A stretch of 63,184 bases of DNA, the filler included, from Bigelowiella natans CCMP2755 (taxonomy: Eukaryota; Protista; Cercozoa), in the NCBI GenBank assembly GCA_000320545.1. It is 7 parts of 7 records of this genome, joined end to end, with 100 filler letters (N's around TTAATTAATTAA, not from the genome) between each part and the next. Parts side by side here need not be neighbours in the genome. Positions count along the whole stretch, not along the records: positions 44,537 to 61,446 come from ADNK01000800.1; positions 61,547 to 63,184 come from ADNK01002371.1; 5 more parts are not named here. One strand, 5' to 3'. The notes below the pieces were generated by a model. The model was not told the DNA's origin and made no database searches. It saw nothing but the letters and a program-made list of their open reading frames with translations. This document shows, piece after piece, positions 49,476 to 63,184 of this stretch (position 1 is its first letter; the number at the start of each line of letters is the position of its first letter). The position numbers were made by a program, and so were the translations under genes.

Positions 49476-50162
49476 CCTCAACTCCTCCTCAGCTGCAAGA
49501 CGCTCTTTGTTGAGATATCCCTCCAACCAGTCCTCCCCGATCAGATCCTTCAGAAGATCGGACGACCTCTTTTGTTTCCCTTTCCGCAGCTTCCGCGCAA
49601 GCCAATCGTCGGAGTTATTCTGTGCGTTTTTGAGCAGGTTCCCCAGTAGGTCCTCATCGCCGAGCATCTGGCGGAGGAGGTCGCTCGCGTTCTTGTCATT
49701 TCTGTGTCATGGAATGGTTATGGTTTTGACATTTATGTTTGGAAGAGGTACATTGATAAGGCATACATGGGTTTGCGGTCCACCATCATCATCGCCACCA
49801 CCACCGTCATCATCATCAGCATCAGCATCATCATCATCATCATTGCAGCATTAGCATCCTCACGTAGTCTGGATTCTGGCCCGTAAGATAGCGATGAGCT
49901 CGGCTGGATTTCCCAGACTGGCGTGCGCCATTTCCTCGCCGCTCATTGACTTCAGAAAGCGCTGCACGGCGTCCTTTTTGACCGGCAGAAAGCCGAGGGT
50001 TTTCATAAGGTCCTGGACCTCATTCGGATCGAGGTGCCCTGCTTCTTGGAGCTGCGGCAGTAGGTAGGCGAGAGAGTCGTGTATCATTGGAAAGCCTCGG
50101 TCAGAGAGAGCGGGGGGGGGGAAGGAATGTGCAATGCATCGAAAGAAGAAAAGCAGCACTCT

Positions 50163-50205
<43 letters not shown>

Positions 50206-50451
50206 TTGCACCCGCAAAATACTACTCATCCCTCCAACTTTACCTTGTTCCAGGTTTCTTCAAGCTTTTCATCGTCCTGCGTAATTTGGACGAGGAGTTG
50301 GCTGACAGCAAACACCTTTTTCTGCAGCGCCTGTATCTTCCGATCGAGCTCCCCGCCGTTGTCTTTTAGGACGAACGTGTCGGCCTTGATTACCTAAGGA
50401 ATCGTTGGGTTGGCGCGAGGGTGTTGTGAGAGGGGGGGGGAGAGGAAGAAA

Positions 50452-50505
<54 letters not shown>

Positions 50506-50834
50506 ATGAAGAGAGAAACGATCGCAGCGCTTGATGCCGTGCGAACAAGTAGAAGAGAAGACATGCCTTGTAGAGCTCGGAGATTGCGTGCCAGCGTGCC
50601 TCATCTTCGTCCGATTTTAGCTTGAAAATCGTCGAGTGGAAACCCAAGTTCCCTGCGTCCAAGCAGGACACCAGCTTCGCTACATTCACGTCGATGATCG
50701 TTGTCAGGTCCTCCGCCGTTTTGGCGTACCTGGTCGCGACGCAGATTAGGATATTTGATGGTGATAATGACGACGACGATGGTGCAGAGGTTCGGCGACC
50801 ATGACAACGGTGGCATGATCATACTCGTGGATTT

Positions 50835-50876
<42 letters not shown>

Positions 50877-51326
50877 GCGCAGGGGAAGGGGGGAGGGAGA
50901 ATTAAGGCTAGTTGTTCTGCTTACTGCTCCATCCTCGACAAAAGCTTGGCGCAATACCCCGACCGCAGGTTAGGAGTGCCCACAATTTTGAGGATGATCT
51001 TCTGCAGCACAATCTTGTGCGCGAGGAGCAGTCGGCAAGCGCGCTGCTTCTCGCGGCACTGAGACTGGATGGCGAGCAGGATCTTCTTGATCTTCCCGCT
51101 GCTGCCATGTGACTTTATCGCCGTTTTCATCACGATGTGGTCTCCGGATATGTATCTTTCGTTGGGATCGGGGAACACCAGAATCGGGTGACAGGTAGCA
51201 GCAGACGCAGTGGGAGCGACAAGGGCAGGGTGGAAGAAGGGGCAAGGGGAGTTTTATGGAGAAAGATATCAGTTTATATGTTTCCTCGGTGAGGAAATAC
51301 ACACACGCGCATACACACACACACAC

Positions 51327-51373
<47 letters not shown>

Positions 51374-51760
51374 TCGACAAAGATGAGCTAGAAGAAAGCT
51401 GGGGAAAACGTTTCCCCCCCCAAACACATGCACATTCTAATTAATTTAAGTCATATATACATCGCCTTGACCGCGTCTAAAGATGAATATACAACATCTA
51501 TTTTTGATGTTTGTGGGCGTGTTTTTGCGTACCGCAGCAGATCCTCACACGCCTCTTCCGTCTTGCTGGCACGTAAAATCTTCGATTTGACAATCGCACG
51601 TGCGGCCTCGTCGAGCGCCTCATGCTTCTCCACAGTCATGAGCACATCGTGACCGGAGCTTACGATTAAGGAGGCGAGCTCCGAGGCTATCATTGCATAC
51701 ATTACGTGCAAGAGTGAGGTGGTTGTATCTGTTGTATTCATATTTCGCTCTCCCCCCTCC

Positions 51761-51801
<41 letters not shown>

Positions 51802-54800
51802 CTACAGAAACAGCAACTTCGGAACCTGCTACCACTACCATGATCAGTCTAACACTCTCCAGCCCCGCCCCGCCCCTCACCTACACCACACACCTTTCAT
51901 CTCATGCTCTTCCACAATCGCCATCGCATCTTTGGGGCGCGTGCCGTCCTTCTGGATCCGCTCGTACTTGCCGAGCACCAGCCGCGCAACCTCGACGAGC
52001 GCCTGCGTGCGCTTCTTGTTCTCCATCAGCCAGTTGGCCAGCACGCGCAGCGTCTCGGGATCGAGCCCGAGACGCCTTAGCATGTCGAGGAGGAAGCTAT
52101 CGTCTTCAAAGATCTTCTGGATGCCCTCGGCCGTCCCCTTCACTTTCTTCTTCATCTTATCGCTTTCCATGGTCTTGACTGCGGATGATATGAGCTTCTG
52201 CACCTCGCGCAGCTCCTCGAGCGTAGTCCCGCGCTTCTTGAACCACTTCGTGAGCTCCTTCGCCGAGACCTCGCCGTCCCCGCTCGAGTCAGCCTGCTCA
52301 AGTAGGGAGTTGACGGTTATCCGCAGCTTCTCCCCGCACACATTGACGAAGTGCTGCAGCTCTGGCCGCTCGAGGCTCTTGCTTCCGTCCGCGTCGAGGA
52401 GGTGGAAGATGTCAACCACCAGCAGCGTGATGAGCAGGCCGAGGTCCTCGTTGCTGGGCATGTAGTGCGCCCCATCCTCGAGGAGCTTCCGCATCAGGTC
52501 CTTCGACTTCTTCGATTTCCCGCGGGCGAGCTTCGAGAGCAAGTCTGCGTCGGCGTCACCGCGGCGCTTGGCGAGCAAGTACGACATGTCGTCAGTGTCA
52601 AAAATGTTGTCCAGTAGCCCCTTGACCTGCTTACTCTTCTTTGCCCGAGCTAGTTTGTCGAGGAGGGCCTGGTTGGCTGCGTTACGGTTGTGATCCATCA
52701 GCCTCGCAAACTGGTCGCCGTCGTCGAGGCCGAGCGCGTGGAGGAGGTCTTTCGAGGCCTTCTTCTTGCCGCGCTTCAGCTTGTAGGCGAGTAGATCCGC
52801 TGCGTCCTTCTGGCCGGCTGTAATGACGCCGGCCATTCCGCTGTTTCCTGTGAGGCTTTGCAGAAGTTCCTTCGTCTTCCGATATCGCTCAACAGCGCCT
52901 TCGATGCCCTCAGCGATGATCTCTCGCAGCTTGCGCAGTTGCTCTACTTTCTCCCCGCGTTTTTTGAACCACCTGACAAGCTCTTTCGGGTCGATGCCGC
53001 CGTCGCCGTCAGCGTCAGCCTGCTCCATAAGCTCCTCCGCAGTCACGCCGAGCTTGTCGCCGATGACCATCATCAGCTGCTCGACCTCGTTGAACTCGAT
53101 CTGCTTGCTTCCGTCCGTGTCTAGCATCTTGAAGATGTCGAGGATGAGCAGCGTGAGGTTCAGGTTGGGATCGTCGGAGCGGCCCTTTGTGAAGACGCCC
53201 TTGTCGAGGAGTTGGTCAACGAGCTTCTTGCTCTGCTTGGTCTTCCCCTTTGCTAGTTTTGACGCTAGGTCGGCCAGCGCGGCCGCCTGCATCGACTCCA
53301 TGCTGTGCCTCTTGTCATTCACGCCCATAACATCATCAATCATGGACTTCATCTGCTTTTCCTTCCGCTTCTTGGCGAGCTTCTCTAGGAGTCTGGCGTT
53401 CGAGTCCTCGCGGCTGGAGGAGAGGAAGGTCTTCATGTCACCCCCGTCCATGAGGCACTCGATCATGTTCTTCGAGGCCTTCTTCTTGCCCTTGAGCAGC
53501 TTGTACCGCAGAAGCTCGGCAGCGTCCGCCTGGCCCGCAGAGAGCACGCCGCTCAGTGCGTCGTCGTTGCCGTCGATGATGTCCTTCAGCAGCGTTGCCG
53601 CCGCAATATACCGTTCCACCGCGCCCTGTATACCGGTTCTGACCTTCTCTCTGATCTCCCGCAGCTCCTCCGCCGTAGTGCCGCGTCGCTTAAACCATTC
53701 AACGAGCTCTTCAGGGTCGATGTCTCCCGACCCCGTTGTGTCGGCCTCGTTCAGGAGATCGTCCCCATTCATCCAGAGCTTGTCCCCCAAGACCGTCATC
53801 ATCCCATGGCGCTCCTCAACGCCGAGCACACCGTTGCCGTCGAGGTCCACCATGTGGAATATGTCGATGACGGTCTTCTCCACGGAGTCCTCGTTGAGCT
53901 GCTCCGCAACCTCTTCCTCCTCTTTCTTCTTCGCCTGTTTGCCGCGAGCAAGCTTCGCCTTGAGCATCGCGTCGGCGTCCATCTTAGACCCTGCGAGGGC
54001 CTTGGCCATGCCCGCATGGTCGCCCATCATCTTGTCGAGTGCCGTCGGCTTCCTCTTCTTGCCGCGTGCGAGCTTCGCCCTCAGCAGCGCGTCGGCGTCC
54101 ATCTGAGAGCCGCTAAGGATGTTGCCCATGTCGCTGTCGCCGAGGAGCTGGTCGAGCAGATTCGTGGATTTCTTCTTCTTCCCCTTCTTCAGCTTGGCCA
54201 GGAAGGAGTCGTTGGCGGAGGACCGGATACCCGCGAATACATCGCCCGTGTCGTCGGCGTTGAGGATCTGGTCGAGCAGACCCACCGACGCACGAACCTT
54301 GCCCTTTTTCAGCTTTGCCATAAGCAGGTCATCGGCGCTGATGATGATGAGGCAATAATCATGGTGATGATGGTGATAATGATGATGTGATAATAATGAT
54401 TGTGTTGGTTCTGCGTAGCCGTCTGTGATGCGGCGTTTACGTTTGAGGAAGAGAGAGGGAAGGAGAATAGAGCCTTGTTTTTTTAATCATTTTTGTTCAT
54501 TGAATTTGATCGTGCCTCCCCGCCACCATCTCTCTCACCATCATTTCATTACGTTTCGTCTCACACCAACACCCTCTGCCCTCCACGACAGCTCATCAAC
54601 AGCGATCACCTGCTTTGCTCCTTGCGTGCTTTACTGGCTAGTGCGCTGCCGAGGAGCTCGTCGATGAGGTTCGAAGATTTCTTCTTTTTCCCTCGCATCA
54701 GCTTCTTGCGCAGCATATCTGCTGCGGACGAGCGGTTACCCTGCACCTTCGTGACGAAGCCGCTCGAGGCGCTCAACGGGACAAAGGGAAAGGAGTTGGG

Positions 54801-56449
54801 TCGCGGGTTCCCCCCCCCCAGGAAAGAAGACCAAACCCCTCCACGACGATCACAGTATTACTCGTTTGCACCCTCTCGATCGAAACCGGAAATTAACCTC
54901 CTTGCCCTCCCCTCTTCCCGCCTCCTCCCCTCCCCCCCCCCCCCTTATTCCCAGGCACCCAGACAGACACGGAATGCTCTCCTACCATGCTTCGTATCGG
55001 ATTTCTTGTCATAGAAGCCGCTATCTAATAGCAGATCGTCCAGGAATTTGTTGTCCAGCACCCTATCATCCTTTTCGTCGCCGTCCATCCCGTCGTCTTT
55101 ACTATCGAGAATCCGCACCGATTTCTTCGGCTGTTCCCGCTTCTCATGCTTTATACGACGCTGTAGGTTCTCGATCCATTGCCGGTCCTCTTCCTCACCA
55201 ATCATATCTAAAGCCGTCTGCCCGCGGAGGAAGCTAGTGATCGTCATATCCGCACCAGAGCTGAGGGGGGGGAGGGGAAAATCTTATCTAAGCGCGAAGA
55301 CTACCATCTGCTGTTATCACAGGCAGGTTATTTGAGCACTCTCTTGCTACTCACCGCATCAGAGATTCAACGATGCGCTTAGAGTCGGAATCCTCTATAT
55401 GCGGGACTGTGAGATGCAGCGGCGTCTTTCCCTTTGCTGTTTGGATGTTGGGGTTTGCTCCCTTCTCCAGTAGCAGCCTCACCAGCTCCACGTTTGACTA
55501 GGGAAGAAGTAGGAAAGGTTCAGAGGGGGGGGAGGGGGGGGGGGGGAGCTTTCACGTAGTCAGCCTTCGGCCTCAATTGCCGCTGACAGCACTAATAATT
55601 TAACCCTTTCTCTCGCACGAGCACGGTTCCAAAAACAAAGCAGGTTCGGGGAAATCGGAGGCGATGTTATCATTACGGAACAGGATGAATTACCTGCACA
55701 CACGCTGCGTGCAAGAAGTGCCAGCTGGCCTTGTGTCCGGGCACTGTCGCATCGACGTTTAACGCGAGCGGGGTCGACTTGAGCAGCTTGATGGCCGCAT
55801 CCTGTGAGTCCGGGGCGGCTATATTTGCGAAAAGCCGCGCGAGTCGGGCGTCAGCCTACAGATGAAGGGGCGGTTAGAGGGTTTGAGGGTCGAGGGCAAA
55901 CGAGAAGGAAACTCTTTAGCATATAGCAAGTATACGGTCGCAATATCTTTCGGATAATCAAACGTAGTCTACCGTGAAAAACAACGTTTCACGAGTCCAA
56001 GGAGCGAACACACGCACACACTCATACAGAAAACATGGCAGTCATCTTCCTCCTCTTCTGTCTCGCCTTCTTCTGTTTGCGTTCCTACCTGTTCGAGCTG
56101 CTCCGCTATCTGCTTTACATCGCCCCCGGCTGCGTTCAGGCCATCGATATCATTCCTCTTCAGGAAATCGTTTACATCGAAATTCTCTCTCTGTGCCACT
56201 GTTGCGGGTGTGTGCCCCGACTATCCAAAGAATTACAAGAAGAGAGAAGAACAAAACGAAAATAATCACTGCATTGTGGTAGATTATGTATAGATGTGAG
56301 GGGAATTTTTAATAGTCTGGAGTTTTCTATCTTCCGCTCTCAGCTATGGGTGGTGTTCAGAGAATTGCACGCCACGCGCACACGGGCGATGCACGTGCCC
56401 ACATACGCGCGTAGACACAAGATACAAACACAAACATTTGCAGACACGT

Positions 56450-56486
<37 letters not shown>

Positions 56487-57083
56487 TGCACATGCACATA
56501 CACTCTCCCCTCCTCACCTGATCGGGCGTCTGAGTGGAGCCTCCGAACTTGGCGAGGACCAGCAGGGCACCGCGCTGGCCGTTGCGTCTTGTGTTCTGGC
56601 AGAGATAGTGCATGGGCGTAACTCCCCGTCTATCGCGCACGTTTGAACTTGCCTTGTGCTCGAGCAACCACTCCATCACTCGGAACTTTCCGTGAAAGCA
56701 CGCGCTGTGCAGCATTGTGCTTCCAGATTTTGGGTTCGTTGGTTGGTCGAGCGACACGTCTCCCGTGATCACATCGCGCTCGATCGCCGCCAGTGCCTGG
56801 AGGATGGACTCTTCGGGGACGTCCTTAATCCCACGAAGAAATAGCTCGCGAAGCTCCTTGATCCTACGATATAAGGAGGGGGGAGAGACGAGAAACGACA
56901 TACCTTTTCAGTTTTTTTGTAAGAGAGCTGATAGCGCTAGATGTGTGAAGGCAATTCGTATTCACTCTTTATGTTGGTGTATTTTTGAGTTGTAGCACGA
57001 GATATTGGTCCATCAAATCACATATTTGAAGGCATAAACGAAAAATATTGGATGCACGGCCATCTGGAAACTCACCCAGCCAT
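48019..57083 (-). CDS. Large multi-exon protein: N-terminal ankyrin repeats, then 40-aa repeats interleaved with three EF-hand pairs
   Basis: ATG GCT GG|G ATC start at 57083; GSTMLHSAC..GVTPMHY, GANPNIQTAKGKTPLH, GQTALD (ankyrin); DLDGNGVLGVEE, DTTGSGDIDPEE, DTDGSKQIEFNE, DADGDGGIDPKE, DADGSKSLERPE, DSSGDGEVSAKE in the 814-aa ORF; last exon ends EPDLS* at 48019. Joining all exons into one gene is inferred. Confidence 0.8.
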
Positions 57084-57891
57084 CTTTCAAAGGCGAAGTC
57101 CCGGCGTCGCCTCTCTAAATCTTCTCGCCAATTCGATATAGGGGCAGTGGGGGGGTTGTATGTTCTTGGGAAATTGGGCGCCAATCAGTCGCGCCCAATC
57201 AATACATGTGAAGGCTCAGCAAGGAGGGGGAGGAGAAGGAGAAGAGGAGGAGCAGGCGTCCTCCATTGGAAGCGGTTTCAGCACGTTTCCACCGCAGGTT
57301 CAGACGAAACCGCCAACAAATAGGGGAATTTACCTCTGCGACAAGGTAATTTACGGGCGGAAACACTTCTGCGACCTTCTGGTACTCGCACGCCGCTCCA
57401 AGAGACGATCCTGCGATTCCAGAGGCGATCTGGTGCAAATCCCGTGCTGCGACAACGAAAATCGCAGCCCACATTCGCGGCTGGGCCCTGGGCATGTCGC
57501 GATCGCGCAGGTCGACATTCGACAGGATGTTCTTCGCGTGTTATTTTTTCCAGAAAACCCGACATTCGAATGTATTTATGGAAATATAATTTAGCATGTT
57601 TTCGGCACACTACACGTTTTTGAACCAGAACCCAAATGAACTGACACTCGGCCCGGCGCAGTCGAGTCCATGCTCTCCCGCTGCAGCCCCTCCCTGCGCC
57701 TGCGCATGGAAAGCTGGCTCCTCTTGGGAGCCCTTCTCATGTTCGGTCTTCAATCGACAACTTTCGGCAGCTTCCACAGGCAGGAGACGAGCAACGAGTT
57801 GGGGGAGGGGGGGGGGGCAGGAAGTTAGATTTGGGGTTCCGAAACTCTGACCTTTCTCTGATCTTCCAAATTCTCATGCCTCCCCAATGCA

Positions 57892-58812
57892 GGCAAATGC
57901 CGGTTCAAAACTCGATAAAAGTGGGACGAGAGTCTATTAAAGCCGCGAGAATGAGGATGGCGGGGAAGATACCCTGGGAGCCAAAGATACAAGGTATCTT
58001 CACTGCCAAGATTAAAACACATCGGGTGAACTTCTATTCGACTCAACCCTGCAGGTGAGCAGGTCCCATTTCTGCACAAAGTCCTTGGGATCGTAACGCG
58101 TTCTTCCGTAGTATCAGATGGATGGCTAGGAATCGCACAGGTCGGGCACGCTGCATAGTTTGCGCTAGTTTCCCAGGGAAGGGGAAGGGAGTGGTGGGGG
58201 GGGGGAGGGAGAGTGATCGACTTTTCCGGATACTTGTGTGTCTCCCTTCAAACAACAGCGCGTGCATACGTTCCTGAAGAACTCCCCCGTGTGCCGAGAC
58301 TCGTCGGAAGTGCAAGCTGCGAAATCACACCTCCTCCAAGTAGTCTTCTTGTACCCCACCATCATCATCGTCGTCGTCGCCGTTGTCATTGTCATCATCA
58401 ACATCATCATCATCATCCGCAGTGGGAGAATGAAACAACGTCTCCGCGCTACATGCCCGCACGCCTCTGATTGTTGCGATGCGAATGAACCCACTCACCA
58501 AACACAACGCGGTTGATGATGCGTATGATGAAAAGAGCATGGCACGGATGGAAATGGAAGTGCTGAGGGCGATGGCCTGCCCCGCCGATCTGCTTTCGAA
58601 GGAGAACGACAGCGACAAGGAGTCTGACGCTCAGCTTCGCATCCTCATGGATCGGTGCGGCCAGTTGCGCCAAGGCGTTTTGTGCGGTTATGTATATACT
58701 GCAATCTTACATGTATTGTATCCTGCGTTCGTGCCTGTGCGCGTGGGCACACGCTCGAGAGATTTCTAGATCATTTTGGTGACTGGGAAAAGATAGTCGC
58801 GTGTTTGGTTGA

Positions 58813-58863
<51 letters not shown>

Positions 58864-59021
58864 CCACTTAGAATCGTCGACGCGGTGCAGGCTGCGGAAG
58901 TCTCCTTCTCCCAATTCAGGTGGCGGGATGATCGGGCGGGTTTTTTGCTCTTCTTCTTATTTTTCCCCTTTTTGTGTGTGTGGCTGCTATGTATTGCTCC
59001 CACTCGATAGAACTGCCTCGC

Positions 59022-59054
<33 letters not shown>

Positions 59055-59527
59055 ACACACGCACAACCACACTCATACGCAACAGCGCTTTTCCTTCCGC
59101 AGGGCCAACGTGTCACGCTGCCTCCACGGCCATGCCCAAGAGGAGGAGGGCGGAGGGCGAGCAGAGGATCACGCTCTCGACTTGCGAACGTACTTTTTGC
59201 CACTGCCGCTAGCAAAGAGAGGATCGCATCAATACCATCCCTTACCCCCCCGCCCTCTCTCTCTCTCTCACTGCCTCTAGCATCAACACTTCAATAGAAA
59301 ACATGCCACGGAGTCCGCTGCCGCTGTGTCTGATGGGCGGGTTTTACATTAACTAATAGGCGCATAGAGGCGTGCGGCCTCGAGCTCGGAGAACTTCTGC
59401 TGATGAACGCTACGCGAGCGGGGGGGGGCAACGACGCTAAGAGCGGCCTTCCCCATTCGCTATCACGGAAACATATATGTAATATATCCTCAATCTTCAC
59501 GTTGGCCTCTCGACAGTCGCGCCTGAA

Positions 59528-59572
<45 letters not shown>

Positions 59573-60197
59573 TATATATTTTATTATATATTTCACAAAT
59601 GAATATTTTCTTTTCCCCCCGATATGCCACGCAGCTTCAATGGAGAGCGCGCGAAGAGGGCTTCTACATCACATTCGTACGAATGCGAAGTCGCCCGCCT
59701 TCATGGTGCTCACCATCATCACACAACAACCACACACACAGACACACACACACACACACGCACTCTGACCGCTCGCATGCACCGCCCGCACACAGAATCA
59801 CACATACACTATTCCATTATGTCCTCAGGAGAGGGAGATTAGAGCACGCTTGGCCTTCCTCTCGATCGACAATTGGCGGGTCATGTCGACAACAGCAGCC
59901 TTCTTTCGCATTCAGCCTACGCGCAGCATTCTTCCTCTTTTCAAATATGCTCCCCTCCCCCCCCACACACACACACAGATCGCTTTCGAGAGCATCCTCG
60001 GCCTCGAGCCCCCCCCCCTTCCCCCGCTAACCCCGTGGCACTTCCAGAGGTAGACTCGATATATCACGGGAGAGGAGCTCGGGGATCGAGCGACACGCAA
60101 TTGTTCTTGGGATAATATTGTGCCTTCTACATGCTATATATGATGGCAAGAATGATGATAACGATGAAGTAGAAGAAGAAGATGATGATATTGCTGC

Positions 60198-60229
<32 letters not shown>

Positions 60230-60481
60230 TGTGGATGAACATGCTGTCGTGTATTACGTTAGTCGTCGTCGTCGTCGTCTTCATCATCTATCGATCTGAT
60301 CGCTCCCTTTTCTTCACTTCTCCTCCTCCCCTTCCGCACGCAGATGTCTGATGCCGTTAAAGTCGTGGCTCTCCATCCATTGCTCTCCTCCACTTTATGT
60401 AAAAAGCCAGTAGTGCTACAAAGCAGCAGTAGCAGTAGCAGCAGAAATAGTAGTAATAGTAGGGCAAGAGCATATATACAC

Positions 60482-60521
<40 letters not shown>

Positions 60522-60802
60522 ATACTCAAAGATTTTGTGTAAAAACTGGCGCAAACACACGCAGGATATGATTCGAAGAGCTGCTGCGACTCCGGGAAGC
60601 GGCGGCTACGTTGTTCTCGGGTGAGTTTTCTTTCCAACACATTCATTTGCTGATCCGTCGTCAGAGGTGGTAGCATTTGATGGCCTCGCGCATACATACA
60701 TTGGTCAATAGGAGCGGGTGGGGCTGTGAGGCAGTGTACGCCGCGTCCATCTTCAATATCTCGGTCCGTTTGTGTTTGACGTTGCCAGAAATTGATATAT
60801 TT

Positions 60803-60839
<37 letters not shown>

Positions 60840-61395
60840 CTGTGGTAGTAGTGCAGACAATTGGATAGATTCAGCACTAGAGCCTATTAAGCAGCTGTGG
60901 TTTCGAGTAGTCTTCGTGGAACGTACTCTTCTCCCTCGCCGCCCGCATACTAGATGCAATCTTCGTCGTCACTGCTGCTGCTGCTGCTGCCCTTCCACAG
61001 GTAGATGCGTACGACGCCGGTTACGCGCAGATCTATGGCAAGATGGACGCGGCGGGGAGTTCTCCCGTTACGTTTCACGATGCAGACCCCCTTGAGGTTG
61101 GTTAAAAAGCATCATTATCGTCATCATCATTATCATCACCATCATTATCATCACCATCATCATCTTCATCATCATCTTCATCATCATTATCATCATTATC
61201 ATCACCATCATCATCACCATCATCATCTTCATCATCATCATGCCCGTCACCATCGTCCTCATTCCTCCTCCTCCTCCTCCTCCTCCTGCTACTCCTCGTC
61301 GCCCTTCTTCTTCACCACACTAGGCGGATATCTCCCAAGCCTCTGTGATCTTCCTGCCCGCAACCTATTGCCGGCCGGCGGACCCCATGGCCAGG
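57892..61395 (+). CDS. Multi-exon gene with a C-terminal class I SAM-dependent methyltransferase domain (DOT1-like pattern); truncated at the linker
   Basis: Spliced GYVVLG|SGWGCEAVYAASIF (motif I), VTFHDADPLR|ADISQASVIFL; upstream exons unresolved. Confidence 0.55.
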
Positions 61396-61446
61396 TAGGA
61401 GCTACTGCGCGTCCCTTTTGTTTCGCGGGGGGGGGGGGGGGGGGGG

Positions 61447-61546
61447 NNNNNNNNNNNNNNNNNNNNNNNNNNNNNNNNNNNNNNNNNNNNTTAATTAATT
61501 AANNNNNNNNNNNNNNNNNNNNNNNNNNNNNNNNNNNNNNNNNNNN
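61447..61546. other. Artificial contig linker
   Basis: N-TTAATTAATTAA-N, 100 nt. Confidence 0.98.
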
Positions 61547-61897
61547 TCCCTCCTCCTCCCCCTTCCTTTCCCACGGGCACAGGAAGCTGGTCTTTGCTAC
61601 CCAGCAGGGCGAGGTGCGACTCTATGTCAGCACCGGAGAAGGAGAGTATACATAGTTTGTAGAGACACACATATAGACACACACACACACCTCCCTCTCC
61701 GATTCGCTCTATATACCGCTGGTGCCACACAGAGAGACATATACACACAGATAGTGATAGCAGTAGTAGTAGTAGTAGTAGTTGGAGAAGCGCTAGTGGC
61801 AGTAGGAGCAGCACACGTAGTAGTGGTAGTAGACAGGCAGTACAAAGTCGTAGGCAAAGGGATGAGTTGGGGTTGAAACTGTGATTGGGATTATTTA

Positions 61898-61978
<81 letters not shown>

Positions 61979-63184
61979 GAGAATAATACACGACGCTATC
62001 TCGTGGTTTCCGCTTATACATGACCACGAGCACGTCTGGCATTATTGTGAATATCTCAGGCCTGCACCCTACGCGAAACCCCGGTATTTTCCACCGCACA
62101 AGCGATCTTCAGCAAGGCCTTTAGCTCTGACGATGAATCGCAGGGCGGATGCAAAGATCTCGGTGGCCCACCTGCAGCGGAGATCCACTGACGTTGATCG
62201 GGTCAATGCATGTCTATAAACATGGCTCCGGTAATGGCAAGGTGGGAGTGCAGATAGATAATTGATCGAAAGTCAGTAGTTACGTGCGGCAGGCCAAGGT
62301 GGATGGTTGTGCGCGATCGTAGCGTGCTGCTTCATATGCCTTCGTTGCTGCGTGTGACTGCTTGCCAGCTGCACTCGTTGTTTATTTCGCAATGTATAAA
62401 TGTCTAGATATCGATGTTAAGCGAATAATGTCACTATTTGCTACACTAGTACATATGCGCAACGCGCGCGCAGCCAAATCGCAGCTATGTGATCTTAGGT
62501 CACCATGAGCCGAAATGTGCTTGTGCATTTGCGCGCGCCCGCTATCTGTCTAAAGCTAGATAGATAGCTCGAGAGTGGGAATCATCGATCAAGCGCAGCG
62601 GCGAGCCAAGCTAGCGCGAGCATATGCTGCAGGCACGGCTAGCCACACACATATTGCTTATATAGTCTGGTGTCTACACTGTTGCCGCCTCCACGAACGT
62701 GTACACACCTCTAGCAGCTTAGCTAGTTAGTTACATCTAGGTGTACGTACATGGTGCTGCGGGAGCCCAGATGATGCTGTCATGCTCACATGGAGTGGAC
62801 ACACATGACACACATCGCAACGAAACAATGCCATGTATCTAAATAGGCAATCGTTGTATGAATAATTTACTTAATGGGATTGCGCTCCCACGTACAGTTA
62901 CTTATGCAGGACGAAGATTTGGATCTATCTTGGGCATCATGCTGGCGGATTTGGGGCCGCATTTATCGGATTGTCCTCAGATTTTGGAAACAATTTTGCG
63001 GGTCTGTATTGTTGAAAATATTTGAAAGCGTTTTTGTTATTTGCTTTGGCACGGAAGGGTGTTGTTTTGTGCCTATGTGTTCATGGCGCGACATTTCAGT
63101 CTTAAAGACTGTCTGGGTTCGCCGTATTTCGTGGGATTGAATTCCATCACCTATTCCAAGGAATGGGGTTAAAATAATATATAT

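Noticed and set aside
51719-54390. Long plus-strand ORFs of 248, 427 and 194 aa
   Set aside because: Antisense shadows of the GC-rich EF-hand exon.
28172-61546. Six identical TTAATTAATTAA motifs inside N runs
   Set aside because: Artificial six-frame-stop linkers. They are not biology, and gene neighbourhoods across them (e.g. DEAD-box next to ISWI) cannot be interpreted.
62280-62830. CTAG-rich, TG/CA-rich tract as another TA-free island (similarly 42050-42900)
   Set aside because: Many TAT/TAC/TAA sites remain, so it is at most partially affected; this needs computation.

Overview
Nuclear DNA of an intron-dense eukaryote. One gene has a signal plus transit-like presequence, which suggests an alga with a secondary plastid, possibly a chlorarachniophyte (inference). 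The window is seven contigs joined by artificial 100-nt N-TTAATTAATTAA-N linkers, so adjacency across linkers is not evidence. Introns are packed with microsatellites, and most short ORFs in the track are artefacts of them. Recognisable genes are an 18-exon SDR, a CXorf65/C22orf15-like protein, a plastid-type RlmI-like rRNA methyltransferase, a DEAD-box helicase 3' part, an ISWI-like HAND-SANT-SLIDE 3' part, a MerA/LPD-like flavoprotein 5' part, a large ankyrin/EF-hand/40-aa-repeat protein and a class I methyltransferase. Two things stand out. (1) A very young Ty3/gypsy LTR retrotransposon (13988-19703, identical 326-bp LTRs, AAAT TSD) whose integrase ends in a degenerate Dam-like adenine-methyltransferase domain instead of a chromodomain. 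(2) Several intergenic repeat islands almost free of the TpA dinucleotide: 740 nt contain none, survivors are mostly CTAG, CpG is retained, and (TA)n relics are converted to TG/CA. This points to repeat-directed A-to-G hypermutation, the reverse of fungal RIP. All counts and alignments were made by eye.
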